Source: an uncultured Caulobacter sp. (lineage in GTDB: Bacteria; Pseudomonadota; Alphaproteobacteria; Caulobacterales; Caulobacteraceae). Taken from it: DNA of 64,000 bases. Below, in pieces: positions 42,121-51,765 of this stretch. How positions within the stretch are numbered: the first letter of the stretch is position 1; each line of letters starts with the position of its first letter. Location of the stretch: contig CAZISF010000001.1 in assembly GCA_964541915.1 (NCBI GenBank), positions 24,639-88,638 on the forward strand, given 5' to 3'. The position numbers and the translations under genes were made by a program. The notes under the pieces are model-generated. The model was not told the origin of the DNA. It was given only the letters and a program-made list of their open reading frames with translations, and ran no database searches.

Positions 42121-44016
42121 CTATTTCTCCAGCCAGGCCACGATCGTCTCCGCCGCCTCCACAGGTGACAGCGTTGTTGTGTCGACCGTCAGCTCGGCGT
42201 TCTCCGGCGCCTCATAGGGGCTGTCCACGCCGGTGAAGTTCTTCAGCTGACCAGCGCGGGCCTTCTTGTAGAGGCCCTTCACATCGCGTTCCTCGGCCAC
42301 AGCCAGGGGCGTCTCGACGTAGACTTCCACGAACTCGCCATCCTCCAGCATTTCGCGGGCCATGCGGCGCTCGGCGCGGAACGGGCTGATGAAGGCGGTC
42401 AGGACGATCAGGCCGGCGTCGACCATCAGCTTGCTGACCTCGGCGACCCGACGGATGTTCTCCACCCGGTCCTCCTCGGTGAAGCCCAGGTCCTTGTTCA
42501 GGCCGTGACGGACGTTGTCCCCGTCCAGCAGGTAGGTGTGGCGCCCCAGTGCGTGCAGCCGCTTCTCGACCAGGTTGGCGATGGTCGATTTGCCGGCGCC
42601 GCTGAGCCCGGTGAACCAGACGACCCGGCCCCTCTGGGCCTTCTGTGCGGCGCGGGCCGCCTTGTCGATGTCGGTGGCCTGCCAGTGGATGTTGTCCGCG
42701 CGGCGCAGCGCGAAATGCAGCATGCCGGCGCCGACGGTGCGATTGCTCAGGCGGTCGATCAGGATGAAGCCGCCGAGGTCGCGGTTCTCCTTGTAGGCCT
42801 CGAACGGGATCGCCCGGTCGAGTGACAGGTTGCAGACGCCGATCTCGTTGAGCTCCAGCCGCTTGGCCGCCAGGTGTTCAAGCGTGTTCACCTGCACCCG
42901 GTACTTGGGTTCGGTGATCGAGGCGGTGACGGTCTGGGCGCCGATCTTCATCAGATAGGGCCGGCCTGGCAGCATGGGCTCGTCGTCCATCCAGACGATG
43001 GTCGACTCGAACTGGTTGGCGACCGCGCAGGGGTCATCGGCGCCGACAATGACGTCGCCGCGCGAGACATCGACTTCGTCGGCCAGGGTGACTGTCACGG
43101 ACTGGCCGGCGACGGCCTTGTCGAGATCTCCCGGCAGGACGACGATCCGCGCCACCGTGCTTTCACGGCCGGAGGGCAGCACCTTGACCCGGTCGCCCGG
43201 CTTGACGGTCCCTGCCGCGATCAGGCCGCTGAAGCCGCGGAAGTCGAGGTTCGGGCGGTTGACCCACTGCACCGGCATGCGGAAGGCGCGGGAGGGCAGG
43301 TCGTCCTCGACCTCAATGGTTTCCAGCCAGCGCATCAGCGGCGGGCCGTCGTACCAGGGGGCGGACTCGCTGTGCTCGGTGATGTTCTGCCCGTCCAGCG
43401 CGCTCATCGGGATGGCCGTGAACTCGGCGAGGCCGATCTGGTCGGCAAAGGCGCTGTATTCCTCGACGATGGCGTCGAAGATCGACTGGTCCCAGCCGAC
43501 CAGGTCCATCTTGTTGACCGCCAGCACGATCCTGCGGATTCCCAGCAGGTTGACGAGATAGCTGTGCCGACGGGTCTGGGTCAGAACGCCCTTGCGGGCG
43601 TCGATCAACACAACGGCCGCGTCGGCGGTCGAGGCGCCGGTGACCATGTTGCGGGTGTACTGCTCGTGGCCGGGGGTGTCGGCGACGATGAACTTGCGAT
43701 TGTCGGTGGCGAAAAAGCGGTAGGCGACATCGATGGTGATGCCCTGTTCGCGCTCTGCCGCCAGACCGTCGACCAGCAGGGCGAAGTCGATGGCGCCGCC
43801 CTGTGTGCCGACCTTCTTGCTGTCGGCTTCCAGCGCCGCCAGCTGATCCTCGAAGATCATCTTGCTGTCGTAGAGCAGCCGCCCGATCAGGGTCGACTTG
43901 CCGTCGTCAACGCTGCCGCAGGTGATGAAGCGCAACAGTGACTTGTGCTGGTGCTGCAGCAGATAGGCGTCGATGTCCGTCTCGATGAGATCGGCGGGTT
44001 TGTACGCGCTGCTCAT
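42121..44016 (-). CDS. cysNC: Bifunctional sulfate adenylyltransferase subunit 1 / adenylylsulfate kinase
   Basis: 631 aa. GTPase domain has [15 protein letters not shown] and DTPGHEQY. The C-terminal APS kinase has [13 protein letters not shown]. Confidence 0.92.
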   Translation of the reverse strand: MSSAYKPADLIETDIDAYLLQHQHKSLLRFITCGSVDDGKSTLIGRLLYDSKMIFEDQLAALEADSKKVGTQGGAIDFALLVDGLAAEREQGITIDVAYRFFATDNRKFIVADTPGHEQYTRNMVTGASTADAAVVLIDARKGVLTQTRRHSYLVNLLGIRRIVLAVNKMDLVGWDQSIFDAIVEEYSAFADQIGLAEFTAIPMSALDGQNITEHSESAPWYDGPPLMRWLETIEVEDDLPSRAFRMPVQWVNRPNLDFRGFSGLIAAGTVKPGDRVKVLPSGRESTVARIVVLPGDLDKAVAGQSVTVTLADEVDVSRGDVIVGADDPCAVANQFESTIVWMDDEPMLPGRPYLMKIGAQTVTASITEPKYRVQVNTLEHLAAKRLELNEIGVCNLSLDRAIPFEAYKENRDLGGFILIDRLSNRTVGAGMLHFALRRADNIHWQATDIDKAARAAQKAQRGRVVWFTGLSGAGKSTIANLVEKRLHALGRHTYLLDGDNVRHGLNKDLGFTEEDRVENIRRVAEVSKLMVDAGLIVLTAFISPFRAERRMAREMLEDGEFVEVYVETPLAVAEERDVKGLYKKARAGQLKNFTGVDSPYEAPENAELTVDTTTLSPVEAAETIVAWLEK

Positions 44017-44927
44017 CAGAAATAGCCTTCCTGCTTCTTTTTCTCCATCGAGGCGGCCTGATCGTGGTCGATGACCCGGCCCTGCCGTTCGCTGGTCGTG
44101 GTGAGCAGCATTTCCTGGATAATCTCGGGCAGGGTCGAGGCCGTGCTCTCGACGGCGCCGGTCAGCGGGTAGCAGCCCAGGGTGCGGAACCGCACCGACT
44201 TCATCTCAGGGACCTCGCCGGGCTTCAGCCTGAACCGGTCGTCATCGACCATGATCAACGTACCGTCCCGCTCGACCACCGGCCGCACGCCGGCGAAGTA
44301 GAGGGGCACGATCGGGATGTTCTCCAGGTGGATGTATTGCCAGATGTCCAGCTCGGTCCAGTTGGAGATCGGAAACACCCGGATGCTCTCGCCCTTGTTC
44401 TTGCGGGCGTTGTACAGCCGCCAGAGCTCCGGCCGCTGGTTCTTCGGATCCCAGCGCTGTTCGGCCGAGCGGAACGAGAAGATGCGCTCCTTGGCGCGGC
44501 TCTTCTCCTCGTCACGGCGGGCGCCGCCGAAGGCCGCATCGAAGCCATACTTCTCCAGCGCCTGCTTGAGGCCCTCGGTCTTCCACAGGTCGGTATGGGC
44601 CGAGCCGTGGTCGAAGGGGTTGATGCCACGGGCCTCGGCGTCGGGGTTCTTGTGGACCAGCAGGTCGAAACCGAGCTCCTTCGCCATCCGCTCGCGCATC
44701 TCGTACATGGCCTGGAACTTCCAGGTCGTATCGACATGCATCAGCGGGAAGGGCGGCTTGCTGGGATAGAAGGCCTTGGCGGCGAGGTGCAGCATCACCG
44801 CGCTGTCCTTGCCGATGGAATACATCATCACCGGGCGCTCGGCCTCGGAGACGACCTCGCGCATGATGTGGATGCTCTCCGCCTCGAGGCGCTGCAGGTG
44901 TGTAAGGCGGGCGGGTGAAAGGCTCAT
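44016..44927 (-). CDS. cysD: Sulfate adenylyltransferase subunit 2
   Basis: [12 protein letters not shown]...[14 protein letters not shown]...[17 protein letters not shown]. Its stop overlaps the cysNC start (ATGA). Confidence 0.92.
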   Translation of the reverse strand: MSLSPARLTHLQRLEAESIHIMREVVSEAERPVMMYSIGKDSAVMLHLAAKAFYPSKPPFPLMHVDTTWKFQAMYEMRERMAKELGFDLLVHKNPDAEARGINPFDHGSAHTDLWKTEGLKQALEKYGFDAAFGGARRDEEKSRAKERIFSFRSAEQRWDPKNQRPELWRLYNARKNKGESIRVFPISNWTELDIWQYIHLENIPIVPLYFAGVRPVVERDGTLIMVDDDRFRLKPGEVPEMKSVRFRTLGCYPLTGAVESTASTLPEIIQEMLLTTTSERQGRVIDHDQAASMEKKKQEGYF

Positions 44928-44986
44928 CAGCTCATCGAACAGGGGATGGCGCGGGGGCGCAAGGGAAGGGCGTGCTCAGAAGTCTT

Positions 44987-45015
44987 GAGGCGTTCCCGCG
45001 ATCGTGGAACGCCTC
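44987..45015. other. Perfect 10-bp hairpin in the AGE-cysD spacer
   Basis: GAGGCGTTCC - 9 nt - GGAACGCCTC. No U-tract on either strand. Confidence 0.3.
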
Positions 45016-45093
45016 GTCGTGCTTGCAGGTAAAGACGGGCATCGTCTGGCGCAAGCCAGCGCCCGTCGCGCGGCGCCCAGTTTTCCTGACAGG

Positions 45094-46158
45094 CTATTCC
45101 TGATTCCGGCACGCGGCGCCGAGCGCCGAGACGGCGCTGACGATGTGATAGAGCGAGCTCCCGGGAGCGGGCTCGTCGACAAAGGCGCCGTCCGGCAGCA
45201 GCCGGTCACGCCACAGGCCGGGAACGGGGACGTCGAGATAGCGCTGAAGGCCGGCGGCGCCCTTCAGGACGCCGTCCCAGTTTCCTGTAACGGCGTGGGC
45301 ATGCAGCCGTTCTGTCTGCGACCAAAGACGCGCCGAGCGGTCCCGGGGGGCGAGGGTCTGATCCAGGCTGAAGATGGCCACGCCCTGTTCGATGCCGAGG
45401 GTCTCGCCGATCTCGATCAGGCGCCGGGCCTGCAGGCAGTGGCCGCCGGTATGGGCCAGCAGCAGCCAGCCCCATTCGAACTGATGGCTCGGCTCGACAT
45501 CGGCCTCGGGAAGCAGACGCCAGTCTCCATCGAACAACTCGCCGAGGAAGCCGTCGCCACGGTCGATCATGCGGTCGCGGGCGCTGTTGGCGATGGCGTC
45601 CGCCAAACGGCTCCAGCCGGGATCGAACCCGACCGCCGCCCAGGCCTGAACGGCCTCGAACAGGTGCATCATCGGGTTGGCCCGCAGGCAGCCGTCATCG
45701 AACACGCCGCCGTCGGCGCGGACCATTGTCTGCAGCATCACCTCGCGCGTGCGGATCGCCTCGAGTTCGCGGCCGGCGCTGCTCAGCGCCAGGAGGGCGA
45801 AGGCCTGTTCATAGGGGTTGGGCGTCTCGTCCAGCGGCGTCCCGTCCGGCGCGGCCAGGATGCGGAACAGGCCGTCGTCGCGGGCGAATGTGGTGGTCAG
45901 CGCCTCCAGCGCATGGTCGCGGGCCTCGCGCCACGGGCCTGTCCAGCCGAGCTTGCCGGCTTCGGCGTAGACCCAGGCTTGCCGGGCCGCCACGCGGGCC
46001 CTGCGAGGTCCCTCGATGGCCTTGCCGTCCTGGCCGATCTTCTCGAAACAGCCGCCCTTGTTCCTGTCGAACCCCGTTTCCCACCAGAGGGGCAGGGCAT
46101 GATCGAACAGCCAGCGTTTCAGACTTTCATTGAGGGCGAGGACGCTGTCGGGGGCCAA
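45094..46158 (-). CDS. AGE-family epimerase/isomerase (stand-alone paralogue of the ManC-fused domain)
   Basis: TTG start. LPLWWETGFDRNKGGCFEKI...RRARVAARQAWVYAEAG...SHQFEWGWLL parallels residues ~365-736 of the 34754 gene. Confidence 0.75.
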   Translation of the reverse strand: MAPDSVLALNESLKRWLFDHALPLWWETGFDRNKGGCFEKIGQDGKAIEGPRRARVAARQAWVYAEAGKLGWTGPWREARDHALEALTTTFARDDGLFRILAAPDGTPLDETPNPYEQAFALLALSSAGRELEAIRTREVMLQTMVRADGGVFDDGCLRANPMMHLFEAVQAWAAVGFDPGWSRLADAIANSARDRMIDRGDGFLGELFDGDWRLLPEADVEPSHQFEWGWLLLAHTGGHCLQARRLIEIGETLGIEQGVAIFSLDQTLAPRDRSARLWSQTERLHAHAVTGNWDGVLKGAAGLQRYLDVPVPGLWRDRLLPDGAFVDEPAPGSSLYHIVSAVSALGAACRNQE

Positions 46159-46166
46159 TTTTGTCT

Positions 46167-46289
46167 CCGCTCATCCCGGCGACACGAAGTGCGGTGCGCA
46201 GCGCCAATGCCGGGACCCAGGTGTTTTAGCGTTCGGCATCGCTCTGTCAGGAAAAAAGCCTGGGTCCCGGCCTTCGCCGGGATGAGCGG
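46167..46289. repeat. BIME-like composite palindrome (two inverted hairpin units) in the divergent AGE/gmhB spacer
   Basis: 46167-46181 (CCGCTCATCCCGGCG) is the exact reverse complement of 46275-46289. 46209-46221 (GCCGGGACCCAGG) is the exact reverse complement of 46259-46271. The right unit is CCTGGGT-CCCGGC-CTTC-GCCGGG-ATGAGCGG. Confidence 0.7.
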
Positions 46290-46308
46290 TTGGGATAATA
46301 CCGACAAC

Positions 46309-46848
46309 ATGAACGCTCGTCGCATGTACATGGTGATCTTCGATCGCGACGGCGTGCTGAATGTCGACCACGGCTATGCGTTCAAACCCGAAGAGCTCGA
46401 ATGGGTTCCGGGCGCCAAGGCTGCGGTAAAGCGGGCCAACGACGCCGGCGCGATCGCTGTCATCGCCACCAATCAGTCGGGCATCGGTCGCGGGTACTAC
46501 GCCGAAGCCGACATGGAAGCGTTCCACGCCGAGATGCTGCGGCAACTGGCGGCTGAGGGCGCGCGGATCGACGCCATCTATTTCGCGCCGCATCACGAGG
46601 ACGCCGCGGAGGACCGATACCGCGTCGCCGATCACCCCGATCGCAAGCCCAATCCCGGCATGCTTTTGCGGGCCCTGGCCGACTTCGGGGTCGCGCCGGC
46701 GGACGCCTTCATGATCGGGGACAAGCCCTCCGACATGGAAGCCGCGCGCCGGGCCGGCGTGCGCGGCGTGTTCTTCGAAGGCCAGGACCTGGAGGCGTTG
46801 GTGGCCGCCGAGCTGGATCGCCTGACGGGCACGGGCATTTCGCGCTAG
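46309..46848 (+). CDS. gmhB: D-glycero-D-manno-heptose 1,7-bisphosphate phosphatase (HAD-IIIA)
   Basis: VIFDRDGVLNVDHGY...AVIATNQSGIGRGYY...HHEDA...RKPNPGML...IGDKPSDMEAARRAG. Only the last 180 codons of the long ORF 45004-46848 are real. Confidence 0.75.
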   Translation: MNARRMYMVIFDRDGVLNVDHGYAFKPEELEWVPGAKAAVKRANDAGAIAVIATNQSGIGRGYYAEADMEAFHAEMLRQLAAEGARIDAIYFAPHHEDAAEDRYRVADHPDRKPNPGMLLRALADFGVAPADAFMIGDKPSDMEAARRAGVRGVFFEGQDLEALVAAELDRLTGTGISR

Positions 46849-46862
46849 CCCCGCCTTGCGCT

Positions 46863-46902
46863 TTCGTCATGCCCCGATCCGGGCTATGGCGGGGTCATCC
46901 AT
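46863..46902. repeat. Single, degenerate hairpin unit of the same repeat family (gmhB-CBS spacer)
   Basis: TTCGTCAT-GCCCCG-13 nt-CGGGGT-CATCCAT. It shares the TTCGTCAT 5' flank and the stem-loop architecture with 48313-48346. Confidence 0.4.
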
Positions 46903-46921
46903 TCCCTTACGGCAGCGATTC

Positions 46922-48301
46922 ATGACCCTTCCCGCGATGGCGAAATCGGCCCTGGACCTGATCGGCGACACGCCGATGGTCGAGGTGACGCACATCGACA
47001 CCGGCCTGTGCCGGCTATTCCTCAAGCTGGAAAACCAGAACCCCGGCGGTTCGATCAAGGACCGAATCGCGCGCGCGATGATCGAGGCCGCCGAGGCCGA
47101 TGGCCGGCTCAGGCCCGGCGGAACCATCGTCGAGGCCACGGCCGGCAACACCGGCCTTGGCCTGGCGCAGGTCGCCAGCGTCAAGGGCTACAAGCTGATC
47201 CTCGTGGTCCCGGACAAGATGGCGCGGGAAAAGATCCTGCATCTGAGGGCCATGGGCGTGGATGTGCGCATCACCCGCTCGGACGTGGGCAAGGGGCACC
47301 CGGATTATTACCAGGACATGGCGCAGACGATCGCCCAGTCGACCGGCGCCTTCTTCGTCAACCAGTTCGAGAACCCGGCCAATCCGCTGGCCCACGAAAC
47401 CACCACCGGCCCGGAAATCCTCACCCAGATGGGCGGCGACCTGGACGCTGTGGTGGTCGGCGTCGGCTCGGGCGGTACATTGACCGGGCTGGGCCGCTAT
47501 TTCAAAGCCCACTCGCCGAAGACGAAAATGATCCTCGCCGATCCGGTCGGCTCGATCCTCTACGACTACGTCAACACAGGAACCTACGGCGAAGCCGGCA
47601 GCTGGATCGTCGAGGGTATCGGCGAAGACTTCATTCCGGACAACGCCCAGATGGATCTGGTCTCCAAGGCCTATGCCATCTCCGACCGCGAAAGCGTCGA
47701 GAGCGCCCGGATGTTGCTCGAAAAGGAGGGGATCCTCGCCGGCTCCTCGTCAGGCACGCTGTTCGCCGCCGCCCTGCGCTATTGCCGCGAACAGACAACG
47801 CCGCAGCGGGTTGTCAGCCTGGTTTGCGATACCGGCGGCAAGTACCTGACCAAGATGTTCAACGACATGTGGGTCGCCGCCCACGGCTTCGAGGACCGGC
47901 CGAAGTACGGCGACCTGCGCGACCTGATCGCCCGCGACTTCTCCGAGGGCGGCGTGATCGCGACGGGCCCCGACGACAGCCTGCTGACGGCCTACAACCG
48001 CATGCGGGCCGCCGACATCAGCCAGCTGCCGGTGATGGACCATGGCAAACTGGTCGGCATTCTCGACGAGAGCGACGTGCTCGCCGCTGTCGGCGGACGC
48101 GAAGGCCGGGCCGACCGGTTCGGCGCCAAGGTCGCCGTCGCCATGACCCGGGACGTCAACACCCTGCAGGTTCATCAGTCGCTGGACGAGCTCAAGCCGC
48201 TGTTCGATCGCGACGAGGTGGCGGTGGTGATGGACGGCGACAGGCTCGTGGGCCTGATCACCCGCGTGGATCTTATCAACCACCTGCGACGCACGGCGTA
48301 G
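46922..48301 (+). CDS. Cystathionine beta-synthase (PLP fold type II plus tandem CBS domains)
   Basis: LIGDTPMVEV...LKLENQNPGGSIKDRIA...TAGNTGLGLA...GSGGTLTG, then the C-terminal CBS pair (ISQLPVMDHGKLVGILDESDV...VAVVMDGDRLVGLITRVDL). Confidence 0.85.
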   Translation: MTLPAMAKSALDLIGDTPMVEVTHIDTGLCRLFLKLENQNPGGSIKDRIARAMIEAAEADGRLRPGGTIVEATAGNTGLGLAQVASVKGYKLILVVPDKMAREKILHLRAMGVDVRITRSDVGKGHPDYYQDMAQTIAQSTGAFFVNQFENPANPLAHETTTGPEILTQMGGDLDAVVVGVGSGGTLTGLGRYFKAHSPKTKMILADPVGSILYDYVNTGTYGEAGSWIVEGIGEDFIPDNAQMDLVSKAYAISDRESVESARMLLEKEGILAGSSSGTLFAAALRYCREQTTPQRVVSLVCDTGGKYLTKMFNDMWVAAHGFEDRPKYGDLRDLIARDFSEGGVIATGPDDSLLTAYNRMRAADISQLPVMDHGKLVGILDESDVLAAVGGREGRADRFGAKVAVAMTRDVNTLQVHQSLDELKPLFDRDEVAVVMDGDRLVGLITRVDLINHLRRTA

Positions 48302-48312
48302 CACTCCCTATC

Positions 48313-48409
48313 TTCGTCATCGTCGGACACGTTCCGACGACCCATGCACACCGCTTCTTCCGGCCAGTCCCGCGTTCATGGGTGGTCGGGACAAGCCCGA
48401 CCAAGACGG
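48313..48409. repeat. BIME-like composite palindrome (two inverted hairpin units) in the CBS-CGL spacer
   Basis: Unit 1 is TTCGTCAT-CGTCGGA-CACGT-TCCGACG-ACCCATG (48313-48346). A 30-nt spacer follows. Unit 2, inverted, is CATGGGT-GGTCGGG-ACAAG-CCCGACC-AAGACGG (48377-48409). Confidence 0.65.
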
Positions 48410-48417
48410 GCTCTGAT

Positions 48418-49584
48418 ATGACAGACGGAAAGAACCGCCTCGCCTTCGCCACCCGCACGATCCACGGCGGCCAGGCCCATGACCCGACGACCGGCGCCGT
48501 GATGGTGCCGATCTACGCCACCTCGACCTACGCCCAGGAGAGCCCGGGCGTGCACAAGGGCTTTGAATACGCCCGCAGCCAGAACCCGACCCGGTTCGCC
48601 TTCGAACGTTGCGTGGCGAACCTTGAAAGCGGCGTCGCGGCCTTCGCCTTCGCCTCGGGTCTGGCCGCCGCGTCGACAACCCTTGAGCTGCTCGACAGCG
48701 GCGCGCACGTCATCGCCTCCGACGACCTCTACGGCGGCAGCTACCGGCTCATGCAGCGGGTGCGGACGCGCTCGGCCGGCCTGACCTTCAGCTTCGTCGA
48801 CATGACCGATCCGGGCGCCATCGAAGCGGCCATCCGTCCCGAGACGAAGATGATCTGGGTCGAGACTCCGACCAATCCGACCTTGCGGCTGGTCGACCTC
48901 GCCGCGGCCGCGGCTGTCGCGAAGACGCACGGCCTGATCAGCGTCGCCGACAACACCTTCGCCAGCCCCTACGTGCAGCGGCCACTTGAACACGGCTTCG
49001 ACCTGGTGCTGCATTCGACCACCAAGTACCTCAACGGCCACTCCGACATGGTCGGCGGTGTCGTGGCGGTGGGTGAGAACCAGGCGCTCGAGGAGCAGAT
49101 GCGGTTCCTGCAGAACGCCGTCGGCGCTGTGTCCGGACCGTTCGACAGCTTCCTTGCGCTTCGCGGCCTGAAGACCCTTTCCCTGCGGATGGAGCGTCAC
49201 TGCCAGAGCGCCCTGCGCATCGCACGATGGCTGGAGGCCCGCGAGGACGTGATCCGGGTCATCTATCCCGGCCTGGAGAGCCACCCCCAGCACGCGCTGG
49301 CGAAGCGTCAGATGAACGGCTTCGGCGGCATCATCTCGGTGGAGATCGCCGGCGATCTGGCCCGCGCCAGGCGCGTGCTCGAACGCACGCAGCTGTTCAC
49401 CCTGGCCGAGTCCCTTGGCGGGGTGGAAAGCCTGATCGAGCATCCGGCGATCATGACCCATGCGTCGATCCCGCCGGAGCAAAGGGCGGCGATCGGCATC
49501 TCCGACACCCTGATCCGGCTTTCGGTGGGCATCGAGGATTGCGACGACCTGCTGGCCGATCTCTCCCAGGCGCTGGCAGGCTGA
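48418..49584 (+). CDS. Cystathionine gamma-lyase / Cys-Met-metabolism PLP enzyme
   Basis: Start at MTDGKNRLAFATRTIHGG. YARSQNPTR, STTKYLNGHSDMVGG (PLP lysine) and ESLGGVESLIEHPAIMTHAS. The ORF upstream part (47008-48417) is a shadow frame. Confidence 0.85.
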   Translation: MTDGKNRLAFATRTIHGGQAHDPTTGAVMVPIYATSTYAQESPGVHKGFEYARSQNPTRFAFERCVANLESGVAAFAFASGLAAASTTLELLDSGAHVIASDDLYGGSYRLMQRVRTRSAGLTFSFVDMTDPGAIEAAIRPETKMIWVETPTNPTLRLVDLAAAAAVAKTHGLISVADNTFASPYVQRPLEHGFDLVLHSTTKYLNGHSDMVGGVVAVGENQALEEQMRFLQNAVGAVSGPFDSFLALRGLKTLSLRMERHCQSALRIARWLEAREDVIRVIYPGLESHPQHALAKRQMNGFGGIISVEIAGDLARARRVLERTQLFTLAESLGGVESLIEHPAIMTHASIPPEQRAAIGISDTLIRLSVGIEDCDDLLADLSQALAG

Positions 49585-49663
49585 TCGGCCGGGCGGACAG
49601 GACGCAACAACCGGTTACAGGGTTTGTGTCGAATCGGGGCCCGCCCAGCGCTATGAGCCGCCC

Positions 49664-50824
49664 ATGAGCATCGCCTTCATCGACCTCGCCGCCCAGCAGC
49701 GGCGCATTCGCGGCCGCCTCGACGCCGCCATCGCAAAAGTCCTCGACCATGGCGGCTATGTCATGGGCCCCGAGGTCCGTCAGTTTGAAGCCGAGCTGGC
49801 GGCCTTCGGCGACGCGCCGCTGTCGCTCAGCTGCGCCAATGGGACGGACGCTATCGCCCTGCCGCTGATGGCCTGGGGCATCGGCAAGGGCGACGCGGTC
49901 TTCTGCCCATCCTTCACCTTCACCGCGACGCCGGAAGTCGTGCCGTGGGTCGAGGCGACGCCGGTGTTCGTCGACGTGCTGCCCGACACCTTCAACCTCG
50001 ACCCGGTCAAGCTCGAAGCCGCCATCGAATCCATCAAGGCCGAGGGCAGGCTAAAGCCCGCCGTGGTGATCGCCGTCGACCTGTTCGGCCAGCCGGCCGA
50101 CTACCCGGCCCTGCGCGCCGTCTGCGACCGTCACGGCCTGAAGCTGATCAGCGATAGCGCCCAGGGCTTCGGCTGCACCCTGAACGGGCGCCACCCGATC
50201 CACTGGGCCGACGTGGCCACCACCAGCTTCTTTCCGGCCAAGCCGCTCGGCTGTTACGGCGATGGCGGCGCGGTGCTGCTGAAGGACAAGGCCCTCTGGG
50301 ACCTGATGGACAGTTACCGGGTGCACGGCAAGGCGGTCGCCCAGGATCTGAATGGCCGGGTCTTTGACCACGATCCGAAATACCTGAATGCCCGCATCGG
50401 CATGAATTCGCGCCTCGACTCGATCCAGGCCGCGATCCTGATCGAGAAGCTGGCCATCTTCGCCGACGAAATCGCGATGCGACAGATCGTGGCTGATCGT
50501 TATGCCGAGGGCCTCAAGGGCTCGGTCCTGTCGACCCCAAAGGTCATCGACGGCGGCCAGTCGGTCTGGGCCCAATACGTCATCGAACACGAGAACCGCG
50601 ACGGCCTGGCCTCCCACCTGAAGACCCAGGGCGTGCCGACGGCGGTCTACTACCCCGTGCCGATGCATGTGCAGGAGCCCTATGCGCACTTCCCGCAGGG
50701 CGCCGGCGGCCTGCCGGTCACCGAGGCCTTGGCCGAAAAGGTCCTGGCCCTGCCGATGCACCCCTACATGGATGAGGCCACGCAGACGCAGATCATCGAC
50801 GCTGTGAAGGGCTTCAACGGCTGA
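49664..50824 (+). CDS. DegT/DnrJ/EryC1/StrS-family sugar aminotransferase
   Basis: IAFIDLAAQQRRI...GPEVRQFEAELAAF...CANGTDAIALPL...SFFPAKPLGCYGDGGA. Confidence 0.85.
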   Translation: MSIAFIDLAAQQRRIRGRLDAAIAKVLDHGGYVMGPEVRQFEAELAAFGDAPLSLSCANGTDAIALPLMAWGIGKGDAVFCPSFTFTATPEVVPWVEATPVFVDVLPDTFNLDPVKLEAAIESIKAEGRLKPAVVIAVDLFGQPADYPALRAVCDRHGLKLISDSAQGFGCTLNGRHPIHWADVATTSFFPAKPLGCYGDGGAVLLKDKALWDLMDSYRVHGKAVAQDLNGRVFDHDPKYLNARIGMNSRLDSIQAAILIEKLAIFADEIAMRQIVADRYAEGLKGSVLSTPKVIDGGQSVWAQYVIEHENRDGLASHLKTQGVPTAVYYPVPMHVQEPYAHFPQGAGGLPVTEALAEKVLALPMHPYMDEATQTQIIDAVKGFNG

Positions 50825-50851
50825 CGCCCGCGGCGGCGGACGGCTCCGCCG

Positions 50852-51577
50852 TCAATGCTCGGCCAGTTCGCCCAGGATGGTGATCTTCTGCCAGATCTTG
50901 CGGCCCAGGTCGGTGCAGAGGTTCTCCACGTCGCTGGCGGCGGCGATCACGACATGGTCGTGGCTTTCGCCGGCATAGAGCGCTGACAGCTTGCCGGTCA
51001 GGGCGAGCATTTCGGCGCAGTACTCCAGATAGCGCGTCAGCTCGAACCGGCTCATCCGCCGCTCGGGTGAGGACGGCGTCGCGGCACCGCCGCCCAGCAG
51101 GACCGTGGGGTCCTTGGTCAGCTGATGCATGTCGACGACATGGGCGAAGGACCGGAGCTCGTGCAGGGCCGTCTGGGTGCGGGCGCGTTTCCAGCGCTCC
51201 TCCAGCGTCAGCAGGAACCACAGGCCGGCCGCCATCAGGATGATCAGGTTGACGGTCGACTCGAGGGTCTGGGTCAGGGCCAGATCATTCGTCCGGCCAA
51301 GGATGCCGGTCCAGTCGACGGTCTTGAAGATCAGCGTCAGCAGGGATACGCCGCCGACGGCGACCAGCAGGACCAGCGTCCGCAGGAGCAGGTAGGGGCG
51401 GGACAGGGCGTGCGCCCGGCGAGCCGTGTCGCCTGAGATGTCGACAAGCTGGGCGGCCGCGCCGGCCAGTCCGGAGTCCGGAAACCGTTCGGTGATGCGG
51501 TCGGCGAGCCGGTTGACGGTCTTGACGATCTCGCCGGCGCTGAGCGTGCGGTAGTTGCGAGGCGCCTTCCTGCTCAT
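50852..51577 (-). CDS. Hypothetical membrane protein (two central TM helices, helical C-terminal domain)
   Basis: Start at MSRKAPRNYR. Hydrophobic segments are LLLRTLVLLVAVGGVSLLTLIF and VNLIILMAAGLWFLL. I recognise no family. Confidence 0.5.
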   Translation of the reverse strand: MSRKAPRNYRTLSAGEIVKTVNRLADRITERFPDSGLAGAAAQLVDISGDTARRAHALSRPYLLLRTLVLLVAVGGVSLLTLIFKTVDWTGILGRTNDLALTQTLESTVNLIILMAAGLWFLLTLEERWKRARTQTALHELRSFAHVVDMHQLTKDPTVLLGGGAATPSSPERRMSRFELTRYLEYCAEMLALTGKLSALYAGESHDHVVIAAASDVENLCTDLGRKIWQKITILGELAEH

Positions 51578-51663
51578 GACCGGCCGATCAGCATCGCCGC
51601 GCGATGTCGCGGCCCGGAGAGGCGAGGAAATCACGAGGCGGAAGGGCGCGCCAGCCCTGGCGC

Positions 51664-51723
51664 GTCAAACAAGAAATCCATCGCCGGGCGCGGTCTGCGG
51701 GGTGGCGCCCCCGCGCCCGGCGA
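51664..51723 (-). terminator. Rho-independent terminator downstream of the minus-strand OMP gene
   Basis: Perfect 14-bp stem (51679-51692 ATCGCCGGGCGCGG / 51710-51723 CCGCGCCCGGCGAT). On the minus strand it is followed by GGATTTCTTGTTTG. Confidence 0.55.
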
Positions 51724-51765
51724 TGATTTCGGGATCGCCCCGGAGGGCGATCCCTGGAAGCCGGA

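Noticed and set aside
42121-44927. Idea that cysDNC next to nucleotide-sugar genes signals a sulfated polysaccharide (PAPS supply)
   Set aside because: I could not find any sulfotransferase-like ORF (no PAPS-binding PKxGTT-type motif) in the window. cysDNC sits beside CBS and cystathionine gamma-lyase, which fits ordinary sulfur assimilation. A genome-wide sulfotransferase HMM search would be needed to revive the idea.
45004-46308. Upstream 435 codons of the 614-aa plus-strand ORF ending at 46848
   Set aside because: Only the last ~180 codons (from MNARRMYMVIFDRDG) look like a protein (GmhB). The rest is antisense to the AGE-family gene and crosses the repeat-filled spacer.
47008-48417. 858-aa ORF 47008-49584 suggesting a giant fusion protein
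   Set aside because: The first 470 codons are an out-of-frame shadow of the CBS gene (Arg/Gly/Pro-rich). The real gene starts at 48418.
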